From contig CAVUWA010000010.1 in the NCBI GenBank assembly GCA_963744995.1, positions 768,001 through 832,000 on the forward strand: a DNA stretch of 64,000 nucleotides, written 5' to 3'. The notes below the pieces were generated by a model. That model had not been told where the DNA came from, made no database searches, and was given only the letters and a program-made list of their open reading frames with translations. The DNA comes from Candidatus Eiseniibacteriota bacterium. Its GTDB lineage: Bacteria; Eisenbacteria; RBG-16-71-46. The translations under genes were made by a program, and so were the position numbers. Below are positions 10,538 to 21,784 of the stretch, piece after piece. Position 1 is the first letter of the stretch; each line of letters begins with the position of its first letter.

Positions 10538-11455
10538 TCAGCCTCCCGGCGAGGGGCCGGCCCTGTGGGTCCAACCGAATTCAGCCGCCGTGACGCTCCC
10601 GATCCAGTACGGCCGTCGCACGCCGTCGATCGTCCACGCGACCTCGATGCGCGCGGGAATCCGCCAGCCGCCGCGCTCTCCCCACTCCAGCACGCGCGCG
10701 TCCCAGGGCGTCTTCACGAACTCGCCCTTCACCTCGCGCCATCGCGAATCCGTCGTCACCCGCTCGATCCGCCCGTCTGCAGTAAAACGGAAGTCCAGCG
10801 CAACGACCGTCGTTCCATCGCGCAGTGTGGCGCGCGCGGTCGAGTCGTCGATCGCCTGCCACGTCAGCCCGTTCCCCGGCCGCAGCCGGGTGGGAAACCA
10901 CATCGCCTCGGCGAGGTAGCGCTGTAGCGCTCCGGCGGCGATCTCCGGGGATCCGCCGACGTCCGCGACGGTAACGAGGCCGAGGATCGAAGCGAGGGTG
11001 CGGCCGGTGCCTTCCAGATACGCATCGCGCACCCGGATGCTCGCGCCGGGCGCCGCGCGGATTTCGGCGTCCCACACGAACCCGGGCGGGTAGGAACGGA
11101 ACCACTCCGTCGCGGTGAACGGCCGCCAGGTGTTCTCGCCCTCGCTGACCCGAAAGCGACCCTCCTGCTGCAGGCGCGCGCCGACGATGGCTTCCGGGGT
11201 CGTGGAGACGCCCCACTGGAACATGAAACGCCTCACCGGCGCGGGCAGCGTGTCGAGCGCCGCGGCGCCGGCCGGTATCGCGGGGCCGGGGGCCAGCAGA
11301 GGCCGGCGCCCACCGGGCACGGGCCCCGGAAACAACCTTGCGACGACGTCCTCCGTCGCGTTGCTCCAACTGCGTGCGGCGCGCCCCAGGGTCAGCGACC
11401 CCGCCAGCCCCACGACCGCGGCCAGCGCGCACGCGATCAGCAGAATGCGTCCCAT
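10538..11455 (-). CDS. DUF6544/DUF6920-like membrane-anchored protein
   Basis: N-terminal TM segment; LPAPVRR, W.PF.A.E.F…PPGFVWDA, LQRYLAEAMWFPT and WQAIDDSTARAT patterns. Confidence 0.6.
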   Translation of the reverse strand: MGRILLIACALAAVVGLAGSLTLGRAARSWSNATEDVVARLFPGPVPGGRRPLLAPGPAIPAGAAALDTLPAPVRRFMFQWGVSTTPEAIVGARLQQEGRFRVSEGENTWRPFTATEWFRSYPPGFVWDAEIRAAPGASIRVRDAYLEGTGRTLASILGLVTVADVGGSPEIAAGALQRYLAEAMWFPTRLRPGNGLTWQAIDDSTARATLRDGTTVVALDFRFTADGRIERVTTDSRWREVKGEFVKTPWDARVLEWGERGGWRIPARIEVAWTIDGVRRPYWIGSVTAAEFGWTHRAGPSPGG

Positions 11456-11521
11456 CGTCCTTCAGTTCCCCGTACTTGGGGCCGATTCCGTGCATGAGGT
11501 AGGTTCGCGCCGAGGACACTC

Positions 11522-13159
<1,638 letters not shown>

Positions 13160-13163
13160 GGAA

Positions 13164-15140
13164 TCAGCGCGTGATCACGCCCCGCGCGTGCAGCACCTGT
13201 TCGTCGTGCGTGAGCCGGATCAGATAGACCCCCGCGCGCAGCCGCTGCGCCGGCTCAATCGCCAGCGTGTGGCGCCCGGCGCCGAGATCGCTCAGATCGC
13301 GCCGGAACACCCGCCGGCCCGCCACGTCCAGCACCTCCAGCCGCCCGCGGCCCGCCGCCGGCAGCGTGAACGCCACTACCGCCTCGCGCACCGAAGGGTT
13401 CGGCGTGAACCCTTCGAGCGTGAGCACCGGCCGCAGCGGCACCTCGACCGTGCTCTCCGCCGTGTGCTGCGCCGCGCCGCCCTCGAGCCAGGTGAGCCGG
13501 TACCCGTAACGCTCGCCCGGCGTCACCGTGTCGTCCTCGTAGCGCAGCCGGTCGGCGCTCAGGCTCTCAGCGTCGCCGATCTGCTCCCACACACCCGCCG
13601 CGCCGCGCCGCTCGACCTGCGCCGCCAGCGCGCCCGCCCCTGCGCCCTGCCAGATCAGCACCACCCGGTCCGGCTCCGCCTCGGCGCTCGCCAGCGCAAG
13701 CTCGGTCGCCGTCGTCCCGTCCCAGGCCGCCTCGCCGCTCAGCCACTGGTAGCGCGTGTCCACGCACTCGCGCCGGATCCGGTAGCGGATCTCCTCCGCG
13801 GGCGGCGACGTGTCGGTCCACGACATCGCCAGCGCGTCTGCGGCGCGCACGCGGCCCACTTGCTGGTATGGTCCGCCGTCGCGCGAAGCCAGCACCGCCC
13901 ACCACGTCTCCGGCGCCAGCTCGGAGAGCGTCCAGTGCACCGTGCGGTCGGTGGCGGTGGTGCTGAGCGTCGGCGTCGAAGTCTCGGCGATCGTGAAGGT
14001 GTGGGCGAAGAACATGCCCTCCGTGAAAGTGGCCCATGCGACCCAGGCGTCGCCGTTGCGGTCGCGCGCGATCACGGGATTTCCTCCCTCGTCCGAGTCG
14101 GCGAGGTTGTCCGCCACCGTGAATCCGTTGTCCGTCGGCACGCATGCGCAGATCGTCTCCACCCCGGTGTTGGTCGAAAACGCACTCCAGGCTATTGCTG
14201 GATACGGATACTGGTCCCGACTCACATCCGTCCAATCTGAGAGGTACTGCTCAGCCCGCGCGTACGCGCACCTGATCGTGTCAACTAGTGCCCAAGCCCC
14301 GTTGGAGTACCGAGCCGTCTCAACATAGGCACGTTTGTTGCCCCATCCCGCCCAGAAGCCGCCATCTGCATTCTCGCGCATGCGAACGGCCAGGCCGCCC
14401 GGATCCGGCGTGATCGGTGGAGCGCCCTCTTCCCACACGGTCCCGCGCATGTACCCCCAGCGCGTGCCCGCGCCGACATGGCTCCACTGGAACACGACCA
14501 GCACGGTGGTGTCGTCTACCGCCCCCATCGCGATCCCGTCCGCGCCAACCGCCGGTATGACCAACTCCGTCCACTCTCCGGGCGCCTCGGATCTCCACAA
14601 ATGCAACTCGCTGAAATCCGGCTTGACGGCCCACCGACGAGAACCACGGCTCGCGCCGGCATATCGCACCGATGACAACATCGGCACGATCGCGATCGTG
14701 TCCGGCATGCCGACACCGCCATCCTGCGCGTCAGCCATGACCAGCGCACGCAGGTCCCCATTGGGCCCGAGCGGGTCAAGGGTCTGCCAGATCAGCCCGT
14801 AGTCGCCTGCATCGTCTCCAAGCACCGGAAGGGCGTAGAACACGCCATAGCCCAGATCCCATTCGAGCGTCCACAGCGAATCGGCCCAGGTGAGCCCCAT
14901 CAGATCGCGCGCGGAACCGCCGATCCCGGAGGCCACCACTCGAGGTTCACCGGCTGCGTCAAGCTGGATCACGTCAGGCCGCAGGCGCGGGTGTGCAGCC
15001 ATCCGGAATGACTCCGTCGGGCTCCACATACGTCCTGGCGTCACCGCCGCGCTGTCAGCAGGCGCGAGCAGGCACGTCGTGAAAAGGGCAGCGAGCGCCG
15101 CACGCCAGCGCTCGTGCCCGGCTGGAGATGGAGTGCCCAT
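13164..15140 (-). CDS. Secreted protein of unknown function with FN3-like and C-terminal T9SS-CTD/FlgD-Ig domain
   Basis: Signal peptide (AALAALFTTCLLAPADSAA), YEDDTVTPGERYGYRL FN3-like segment, tail TPNP…LDVAGRRV…AGVYLIRL. Confidence 0.75.
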   Translation of the reverse strand: MGTPSPAGHERWRAALAALFTTCLLAPADSAAVTPGRMWSPTESFRMAAHPRLRPDVIQLDAAGEPRVVASGIGGSARDLMGLTWADSLWTLEWDLGYGVFYALPVLGDDAGDYGLIWQTLDPLGPNGDLRALVMADAQDGGVGMPDTIAIVPMLSSVRYAGASRGSRRWAVKPDFSELHLWRSEAPGEWTELVIPAVGADGIAMGAVDDTTVLVVFQWSHVGAGTRWGYMRGTVWEEGAPPITPDPGGLAVRMRENADGGFWAGWGNKRAYVETARYSNGAWALVDTIRCAYARAEQYLSDWTDVSRDQYPYPAIAWSAFSTNTGVETICACVPTDNGFTVADNLADSDEGGNPVIARDRNGDAWVAWATFTEGMFFAHTFTIAETSTPTLSTTATDRTVHWTLSELAPETWWAVLASRDGGPYQQVGRVRAADALAMSWTDTSPPAEEIRYRIRRECVDTRYQWLSGEAAWDGTTATELALASAEAEPDRVVLIWQGAGAGALAAQVERRGAAGVWEQIGDAESLSADRLRYEDDTVTPGERYGYRLTWLEGGAAQHTAESTVEVPLRPVLTLEGFTPNPSVREAVVAFTLPAAGRGRLEVLDVAGRRVFRRDLSDLGAGRHTLAIEPAQRLRAGVYLIRLTHDEQVLHARGVITR

Positions 15141-15190
15141 GTCGGGGAACGCCCCTTAACGATGCATGGATGACCTGCTGGGAATACCGG

Positions 15191-15231
15191 ATTTTACTTG
15201 ACGCACCCCCCCCCCCCTCAAGAGATACCTT
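15191..15231. promoter_or_regulatory. Overlapping divergent sigma70-like promoters with a C12 homopolymer (15206-15217) in the spacers
   Basis: Minus strand: TTGAGG(15221-15216)-N19-TAAAAT(15196-15191). Plus strand: TTGACG(15198-15203)-N22-TACCTT(15226-15231). Confidence 0.45.
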
Positions 15232-15363
15232 GTTTCGTGCTAGACAGCCTCGTTGGGAAGGGCCGCTATCCTACCAACACCCATCGAGACCTCCTCCGAC
15301 GACGACTGCCGCACCTCCCGCGCAACTGCGCGGCGGTTTGGTTCGAAAACCGGAGGTGTGCCC

Positions 15364-16848
15364 ATGTTCCCGTCTACCCGGCAGGCTGTCGCCGCGCTCG
15401 TGCTCCTCTCGCTCTACCCGGCCACCGCGCTCGCTGGACCGCTGGTGTGCGGCACCAAGCAAGCGCAGGAGACAGAAGCCACCGCCGCGAAGTTCTATCC
15501 GTATCGATCCGGAGTGCGGGACCAGGACCTCAGGTTCCGCGACCTCGAATTTCTCTGGGATTCGCTCTACGCTACGGTTGGAATTACGGATAGTGTCCGA
15601 CTCACCCTCGACAATTTCGCGGCTACGCTGGACGTTCTCCAAAGCCACAATCCCCTCGGCATCCCCACCTCCGAATTCCAGCTCGTCTACGACTACTTCC
15701 GTACCGAGGACCATCCTTACTCCAACAACGCCACGAACTTCTCTGCCGTCGTAATCGGGCGCGGTACGGGGATCGAGAACTACGCCTCCGAAGATCGTTC
15801 TCACTCCGACGTCTACATCTGGAATCCAACGCGGGACGTGAGGAATGGCGGATCCTTCGTCGGAGGAGAATTCCCGTCTCCATTCACGAGTGACGAGGAG
15901 GACGTCAGCACGGGCCATAGCGTCGGGGACATCAAGCCCCTGAACGCCCTTGGCATCAAGGGGCCGGCATCCTCACAGATGCTCGACGTCAACGGCACGG
16001 GTTGGACTCGCCCGGATGCGGGCTACGCACGGGGCTTCGCGCACGAATTCCAGCACTCCCTGCCGCAGTCATCGGCAGGCATGTACGGCGAGATGTTCTC
16101 CGCAGGCGCCGAGATTTTGAGCGGCTACCACGACACCAGCGGCAGCTTCGATCTCCCCTACACCGTGTCCACGTTTGGAGCTGATGGCGCGTGCCACTCC
16201 AATTGCTCTGAGATCTGCGGGAAGGTACGGGTGCTGCTCGACAACTACACTCAGCGGACGGCCTTCATGGCGTACCTGGCGTACAACTTCCGCGGGGCCA
16301 ACACTTCAGCAACCCTCTCTGCTTCGGAAGACGATCTGATGCGCCGGTGGTCCTACGGCGACCGCACCCTGCGAGGCTTGCGGGGGCTGCTGAACGACAC
16401 CGACTGCGGCGATTGCCCAAACTTCTTCGGCGCCTCACTCGACGGGCGCGACCGCCTATCACTCCTGCATCACAACTTCCGCGTGGCCAGCTACGTGAAC
16501 AATACGATGATCGGCGAGGGGCAATACGGCTTCCCGGCGCAGTGGATGCGGCGCCTGATCGAGGTGCGCAAGACCAGCGCCGCGTTCAGCAGCGGCGACA
16601 TCACGTTCCTGAAACCCGCCAACCACCGCGTGCTCGCCTACGTGCGTACGCTCGGCGAGGAGAGCATCCTGATCGTCAACAACCTCTCCGCGACCGCCCA
16701 GGCGGTGGAGCTCGACATGTCGGCCTGGGAGGGCGCGATCCCGGTCGAGATGTTCGGCGGCAGCATCTTCCCGCGCATCGGCGAGCTGCCCTACATGCTC
16801 ACGCTCTCGCCGTACGACTTCTTCTGGTTCCGGCTGAGGTGGCTGTAG
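15364..16848 (+). CDS. Chimeric ORF: secreted HEXXH zincin-like metallopeptidase N-terminal part fused in frame to the last 102 aa of TreS
   Basis: GGAGG SD and ATG 15364, signal peptide, CGT motif, FAHEFQH…EMFSAGAE. From 16540 the translation QWMRRLIEV…FRLRWL is identical to the TreS C-terminus. Confidence 0.75.
   Translation: MFPSTRQAVAALVLLSLYPATALAGPLVCGTKQAQETEATAAKFYPYRSGVRDQDLRFRDLEFLWDSLYATVGITDSVRLTLDNFAATLDVLQSHNPLGIPTSEFQLVYDYFRTEDHPYSNNATNFSAVVIGRGTGIENYASEDRSHSDVYIWNPTRDVRNGGSFVGGEFPSPFTSDEEDVSTGHSVGDIKPLNALGIKGPASSQMLDVNGTGWTRPDAGYARGFAHEFQHSLPQSSAGMYGEMFSAGAEILSGYHDTSGSFDLPYTVSTFGADGACHSNCSEICGKVRVLLDNYTQRTAFMAYLAYNFRGANTSATLSASEDDLMRRWSYGDRTLRGLRGLLNDTDCGDCPNFFGASLDGRDRLSLLHHNFRVASYVNNTMIGEGQYGFPAQWMRRLIEVRKTSAAFSSGDITFLKPANHRVLAYVRTLGEESILIVNNLSATAQAVELDMSAWEGAIPVEMFGGSIFPRIGELPYMLTLSPYDFFWFRLRWL
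16540..16848 (+). repeat. 309-bp direct repeat, copy 2 (duplicated treS 3' end)
   Basis: 307/309 identical to 12851-13159; both differences are synonymous. Confidence 0.97.
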
Positions 16849-16925
16849 CTCCGGCGGGAGAGCGTCCGCAGGCGGAGCGCCATCGTTGCACCGCACATCG
16901 CCTTCACCCCGCTGCTCCGACCGGC

Positions 16926-16959
16926 TTGGCCTGCCGCCCACTTCTGGTAGCGTAGCGGC
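16926..16959 (+). promoter_or_regulatory. Putative extended -10 leaderless promoter of the glucan operon
   Basis: TTGGCC-N16-TAGCGT with TG at -15/-14, 6 nt before ATG 16960, no SD. Confidence 0.45.
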
Positions 16960-18204
16960 ATGGCTCGCACCACCATTCTCTCCAACGACTTCCTGCGTTC
17001 GCTCGTCGCGGTCGGCCAGGTGGACCTGCTGGTCGGCCTGCCGACCTTCAACAATGCCGACACGGTGAAGCCGATCGCCGAGGCCGCGCAACTGGCGCTC
17101 GCGCGCTACTTCCCGCGGCTGCGCACGGCGCTGGTGAACTCGGACGGCGGCTCGGTGGACGGCACGCCCGAGATCGTGCGCAACGTGACCGCGGCCGCCG
17201 ACGGGCCGGTCCGCGCGCTGCGCACGATCCACCGCGTCGAGACCTCGCACGCCGGTTCCCTCGGCAAGGGCAGCGCGCTGCGCGCGATCTTCGCCGCCGC
17301 GGACCTCACCCAGGCGCGCGCCGTGACGGTGATCGACCCCGACATCACCAGCATGTCGCCCGACTGGATCGAGCGCCTTGCGCGCCCGGTGCTGGATCAG
17401 CGCCTGGACTACGTCGGGCCGGTCTATTCGCGCAGCCCGTTCGAGGGTCCGCTGGTCCGGCAGGTGGTGCGCCCGGTGTTCCAGGCCGCCTACGGCGTTC
17501 CCATGCGCGAGCCGGTCGGCGGTGAGTTCGCCTGTTCGGGCCGCTTCGCCGCACATTGCCTGAGGCAGTCGGTCTGGGACTACGACTTCACCCGGTTCGG
17601 TGTGGACATCTGGCTCGCCGGCGAAGCGGTGGCGGGCGGCTTCCAGGTGGGCCAGACGCAGCTCGGCCGCCGCACGCCGATGCGCGCATCGAACCGGCTG
17701 CCGCTCGCCGACCTCGTCAAATTCGTGGTCGGCGCGCTGTTCACGTGCCTGGAGCTGCACGAGGCCTACTGGAAGCGGGCGGTCGAACCGCGCGATCTGC
17801 CGACCTTCGGCGAGCCCGAGGTCGTGCCGCACGTCGACGCCCCGCACGCCGTGGAGCCGGGGGACCTGGAGCGCGACGTGGCGGATCTGCTGCCGATTCT
17901 CGAGACCCTGCTCACGCCCGCGACGCTCGCGGGGCTCGTGCAGGTGGCCCAGAGCGACGACGAGACGATCGGTGACGACCTGTGGGCGCACCTGCTGGGC
18001 GAGTTCATGATCGGCCACATGCACCAGGTCATCGGCCGTGACCACCTGCTGCAGGCCTTCGTTCCGCTCTATCGCTCGCGCGTCGTATCGTTCATCGAGG
18101 CGCATCGCCGTGACGATCCGCAGGTGGTTGCTGCGGCCTACGAACACCTGAACGCGTCCTGCCTGGGCCTGCGGCCCGGCTGGATCGAGGCATGCGAGCG
18201 ATGA
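16960..18204 (+). CDS. GT2-fold glucosylglycerate/mannosylglycerate synthase-like glycosyltransferase
   Basis: DLLVGLPTFNNADTV, NSDGGSVDGT, GKGSALRAIF, IDPDITS, DYVGPVYSR, REPVGGEFACSG and FGVDIWL are characteristic of the Ggs/MgS-like family. Confidence 0.7.
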   Translation: MARTTILSNDFLRSLVAVGQVDLLVGLPTFNNADTVKPIAEAAQLALARYFPRLRTALVNSDGGSVDGTPEIVRNVTAAADGPVRALRTIHRVETSHAGSLGKGSALRAIFAAADLTQARAVTVIDPDITSMSPDWIERLARPVLDQRLDYVGPVYSRSPFEGPLVRQVVRPVFQAAYGVPMREPVGGEFACSGRFAAHCLRQSVWDYDFTRFGVDIWLAGEAVAGGFQVGQTQLGRRTPMRASNRLPLADLVKFVVGALFTCLELHEAYWKRAVEPRDLPTFGEPEVVPHVDAPHAVEPGDLERDVADLLPILETLLTPATLAGLVQVAQSDDETIGDDLWAHLLGEFMIGHMHQVIGRDHLLQAFVPLYRSRVVSFIEAHRRDDPQVVAAAYEHLNASCLGLRPGWIEACER

Positions 18205-19676
18205 GCACGACGTTCGAACCGCTCGCCGCCTGCCTGCACACGCATCTGCCGGCCTTCCTCGCGCGCCAGCGCTGGTTCGCGGGCAAAGGCCGGGTGATCG
18301 AAGCCCTCGAGCTCGAAGACGTGATCGAAATCGACGCCCGCCCGCCCTGCGCCCTGGCGATCGTGGAGGTGCGTTACGTGGACACCCACGTGGAACGCTA
18401 CGTCCTGCTGTTCGCCGTCACGAACGACGCCGATCCGGCGCTGCGGATCGCGGCGGCGGACGAGTGGGACGGCGCGGCGGATCTGATCGAGGCGGCGACG
18501 CTCGAAACGCAGGGTCGGGCGCTGCTGGCAGGCTTCACGCGCGCGGGGACGCGCCTGCGCTCGCGCGCAGGGGCGACGCTCGTCTACGGCGACATGCGCG
18601 ACACGCTGCCGCTCGGCGCGCAGGCGGACACGGTGCGGGTGAAGCCGCTGGGCGCGGAGCAGAGCAACACCTCGCTGCGCGCGGGCGAGGACCACGTGTT
18701 CAAGCTGTTCCGTCGCCTCGAAGACGGCGAGAATCCGGAGGTCGAGATCGGCCGCTTCTTCGCCGCGCATACGTCGTTCGACGCGCTGCCGGTGCTCGAC
18801 GGATCCCTTGCGCTCGAGCGCGATGGCGGAACCCGCACCGTGGGCGTGCTGCAGCGTTTCGTGAAGCATCGCGCGGACGGCTGGCGCTGGATGCTGGCGC
18901 AACTGGCCTCCTGGCGCGCCGGCGACCTGACGGTTGAAGCCCTGGCCGGCGAGGCGCGCCGGATCGGCGGGCTCACCGCCGACATGCACCTCGCGCTCGG
19001 CTCATGCCGCGACGTCCCGGCGTTCGCGCCGCGACCGATCGTCGAGCGCGACGTGGAGACCTGGCGGGTTGCGCTCGAGACCCGTGCCGAGCGGCTGGTG
19101 GCCGACATGCGCCGCGAGCACCAAGCGGTGCCGCCCGGAGCGAAACGCGACGCCGCGGAGATCGCCGGGTCCGTGGAGGCGCTGCCGGCGCTCGCCCCGA
19201 CGGCGGCCGAAGCGGGCGCCGCCGGCGTCGAGCTGATCCGCCTGCACGGCGACTACCATCTCGGCCAGACCCTGCGCACGGACGACGGCTACGTGGTCAT
19301 GGACTTCGAAGGCGAGCCGTCGCGGCCGCTGGCCGAGCGTCGCGCCCACGGCTGCGCGCTGCGGGATGTCGCCGGCATGCTGCGCTCGTTCGACTACGCG
19401 GCGGCGGCGGGTCCCGGCGCCGCGGACCCGGGGCACACCGCGGACCCCGCGCGCGCGGCGTTGCGCGACGCATTCCTCGCCGCGTATCTCGAGCGCGTGG
19501 CGGCGCAGGGCGCGGCGTTCGTGCCCGCGCGGGAGGCGATCGCGCGGCGCTGGATCGCATTCTTCGAACTGGACAAGGCGCTCTACGAGATCGAATACGA
19601 ACTGCACCACCGGCCCGACTGGATCTGGATCCCCCTGCGCGGCGCGCGGCAACTGATCGAGGCGAATCTCACATGA
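18201..19676 (+). CDS. mak: Maltokinase (Pep2/Mak)
   Basis: [74 protein letters not shown] overlap with the upstream gene. Confidence 0.9.
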   Translation: MSTTFEPLAACLHTHLPAFLARQRWFAGKGRVIEALELEDVIEIDARPPCALAIVEVRYVDTHVERYVLLFAVTNDADPALRIAAADEWDGAADLIEAATLETQGRALLAGFTRAGTRLRSRAGATLVYGDMRDTLPLGAQADTVRVKPLGAEQSNTSLRAGEDHVFKLFRRLEDGENPEVEIGRFFAAHTSFDALPVLDGSLALERDGGTRTVGVLQRFVKHRADGWRWMLAQLASWRAGDLTVEALAGEARRIGGLTADMHLALGSCRDVPAFAPRPIVERDVETWRVALETRAERLVADMRREHQAVPPGAKRDAAEIAGSVEALPALAPTAAEAGAAGVELIRLHGDYHLGQTLRTDDGYVVMDFEGEPSRPLAERRAHGCALRDVAGMLRSFDYAAAAGPGAADPGHTADPARAALRDAFLAAYLERVAAQGAAFVPAREAIARRWIAFFELDKALYEIEYELHHRPDWIWIPLRGARQLIEANLT

Positions 19677-21784
19677 AGATCGAACCCGGGTTGCCGTACC
19701 CGCTCGGCGCCACCTGGAACGGGCTCGGCGTGAACTTCGCATTGTTCTCCGAACACGCGACGCGCGTGGAGCTGTGCCTGTTCGACTCCTCGGACGACAC
19801 GAAGCCCTCGGTCCAGGTGGACCTGCGCGAGCAGACCGACATGGTCTGGCATGGCTTCCTGCGCGGCCTGCGCCCGGGCCAGCTCTACGGCTACCGCGTG
19901 TACGGCCCGTACGAGCCGGAGCAGGGGCACCGCTTCAATCCCAACAAGGTGCTCCTCGATCCGTATGCGCAGGGCATCGGCCGCAAGGTGCACTGGTCCG
20001 ACGCCAACTTCGGCTACATCGTCGGCGACCCGAACGAGGACCTCTCGTTCGATCCGCGCGACAACGCCGCCAGCGCGCCGCTCGGCGCGGTGATCGATCC
20101 GGCGTACTCGTGGGGGGACGATCGTCCGCCGCTCACGCCCTGGCACGAGACGATCATCTACGAGATGCACGTCAAGGGCTTCACGCGACTGCATCCGCTG
20201 GTGCCCGACGAGCTGCGCGGCACCTACGCGGGCCTGGTGTCCGAACCCGTGCTGCGCTACCTGAAAGATCTCGGCATCACGGCGGTCGAGCTGATGCCGG
20301 TGCATCATCACGTGGACGATCGCCACCTGATCGAGAGCGGGCTCACCAACTACTGGGGCTACAACACGCTCTCGTTCCTGGCGCCGAACGTGCGCTACGC
20401 CTCGATGCGGCAGCCGGCCGAGCAGGTGCGCGAGTTCAAGACGATGGTGCGCGCGCTGCACGCGGCGGGCATCGAGGTGATCCTCGACGTGGTCTACAAC
20501 CACACCGGTGAAGGCAACCACATGGGGCCGACGCTGTCGCTGCGCGGCATCGACAATCGGGCCTACTACCGGCTGAACGACGGCCGGCATTATCTCGACT
20601 TCACCGGCACCGGCAACACGCTCAACATGACCCATCCGCGCGTCCTGCAGCTCATCATGGACAGCCTGCGCTACTGGGTGCAGGAGATGCACGTCGACGG
20701 CTTCCGCTTCGATCTCGCCAGCGCGCTCGCGCGCGAACTGTACGAAGTCGACCGGCTCGGCGCGTTCTTCGACATCATCCACCAGGACCCGGTGATCTCG
20801 CGCGTGAAGCTGATCGCCGAGCCGTGGGATCTCGGCGAGGGCGGCTACCAGGTCGGCAATTTCCCGGTGCTGTGGACCGAATGGAACGGGAAATACCGCG
20901 ACGCGATCCGCAGGTTCTGGAACGGCGGCGGCAGCGGCGGCGTGTCGGAACTGGCCACCCGCCTGGCGGGCAGCTCGGACCTCTATGCCCGTAGCGGCAG
21001 AAGGCCTTACGCCAGCATCAACTTCGTCACCGCGCACGACGGATTTTCCCTGCGCGACCTCGTGAGTTATAACGAGAAGCACAACGAGATGAACTTCGAG
21101 AACAACGCCGACGGCGAGAACCACAATCTGAGCTGGAACTGTGGCGCCGAGGGCGAGTCCCGCGATCCGGAGATCCTCGCGTTGCGCGCCCGACAGATGC
21201 GCAACTTCGTGCTGACGCTGTTCGCGTCGCAGGGCGTGCCGATGATCCGCGCCGGCGACGAACTCGGCCATACGCAGGGCGGCAACAACAACGCCTACTG
21301 TCAGGACAACGAGATCAGCTGGCTGCACTGGGATTTAGACGGCTCGCAGCAGGCGTTCTTCGAGTTCTTCCGGCGCGCGATTCACGTGCGTCGCACGCAT
21401 CGCGCGCTGCGCCGGCGCCGCTTCCTGAGCGGCGAGCACATCGAAGAACTGGGCATGAAGGACATCACGTGGTTCCGGCCCGACGGCCACGAGATGACCG
21501 ATCGCGACTGGGGCGCTGCCCACGCCAGCAGCCTCGGCGCCCGGCTCGCGTGGCATCCGGCCACGGAGTCGGCGACCGAAAAGGAGGCGAACATCCTGTT
21601 TCTGCTCATGAATGCTTCGGCGGAGTCGCTGACCTTCAAGCTGCCCTCGCTCGGCGTGGGCCGGCGCTGGGAGGTGCTGCTCGACTCCGCCACGCCCGGC
21701 GTCTCCGGGCGTTCGCATCGCGGCGGCTCGCGCTACGACCTGATCGGGCGCTCGAGCGCGCTGCTCCGAAGGGTGGTTCGATGA
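19673..21784 (+). CDS. glgX: Glycogen debranching enzyme (isoamylase, GH13)
   Basis: [70 protein letters not shown]. Confidence 0.95.
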   Translation: MKIEPGLPYPLGATWNGLGVNFALFSEHATRVELCLFDSSDDTKPSVQVDLREQTDMVWHGFLRGLRPGQLYGYRVYGPYEPEQGHRFNPNKVLLDPYAQGIGRKVHWSDANFGYIVGDPNEDLSFDPRDNAASAPLGAVIDPAYSWGDDRPPLTPWHETIIYEMHVKGFTRLHPLVPDELRGTYAGLVSEPVLRYLKDLGITAVELMPVHHHVDDRHLIESGLTNYWGYNTLSFLAPNVRYASMRQPAEQVREFKTMVRALHAAGIEVILDVVYNHTGEGNHMGPTLSLRGIDNRAYYRLNDGRHYLDFTGTGNTLNMTHPRVLQLIMDSLRYWVQEMHVDGFRFDLASALARELYEVDRLGAFFDIIHQDPVISRVKLIAEPWDLGEGGYQVGNFPVLWTEWNGKYRDAIRRFWNGGGSGGVSELATRLAGSSDLYARSGRRPYASINFVTAHDGFSLRDLVSYNEKHNEMNFENNADGENHNLSWNCGAEGESRDPEILALRARQMRNFVLTLFASQGVPMIRAGDELGHTQGGNNNAYCQDNEISWLHWDLDGSQQAFFEFFRRAIHVRRTHRALRRRRFLSGEHIEELGMKDITWFRPDGHEMTDRDWGAAHASSLGARLAWHPATESATEKEANILFLLMNASAESLTFKLPSLGVGRRWEVLLDSATPGVSGRSHRGGSRYDLIGRSSALLRRVVR

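Larger units (their letters stand above)
13160..16539. mobile_element. 3.38-kb inserted segment (island-like, no mobility gene) between treS 3' repeats
   Basis: Bounded exactly by the two 309-bp repeats. Visibly more A/T-rich codon usage from ~14000 to 16500. Interrupts the treS-GT-mak gene order. Confidence 0.6.
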
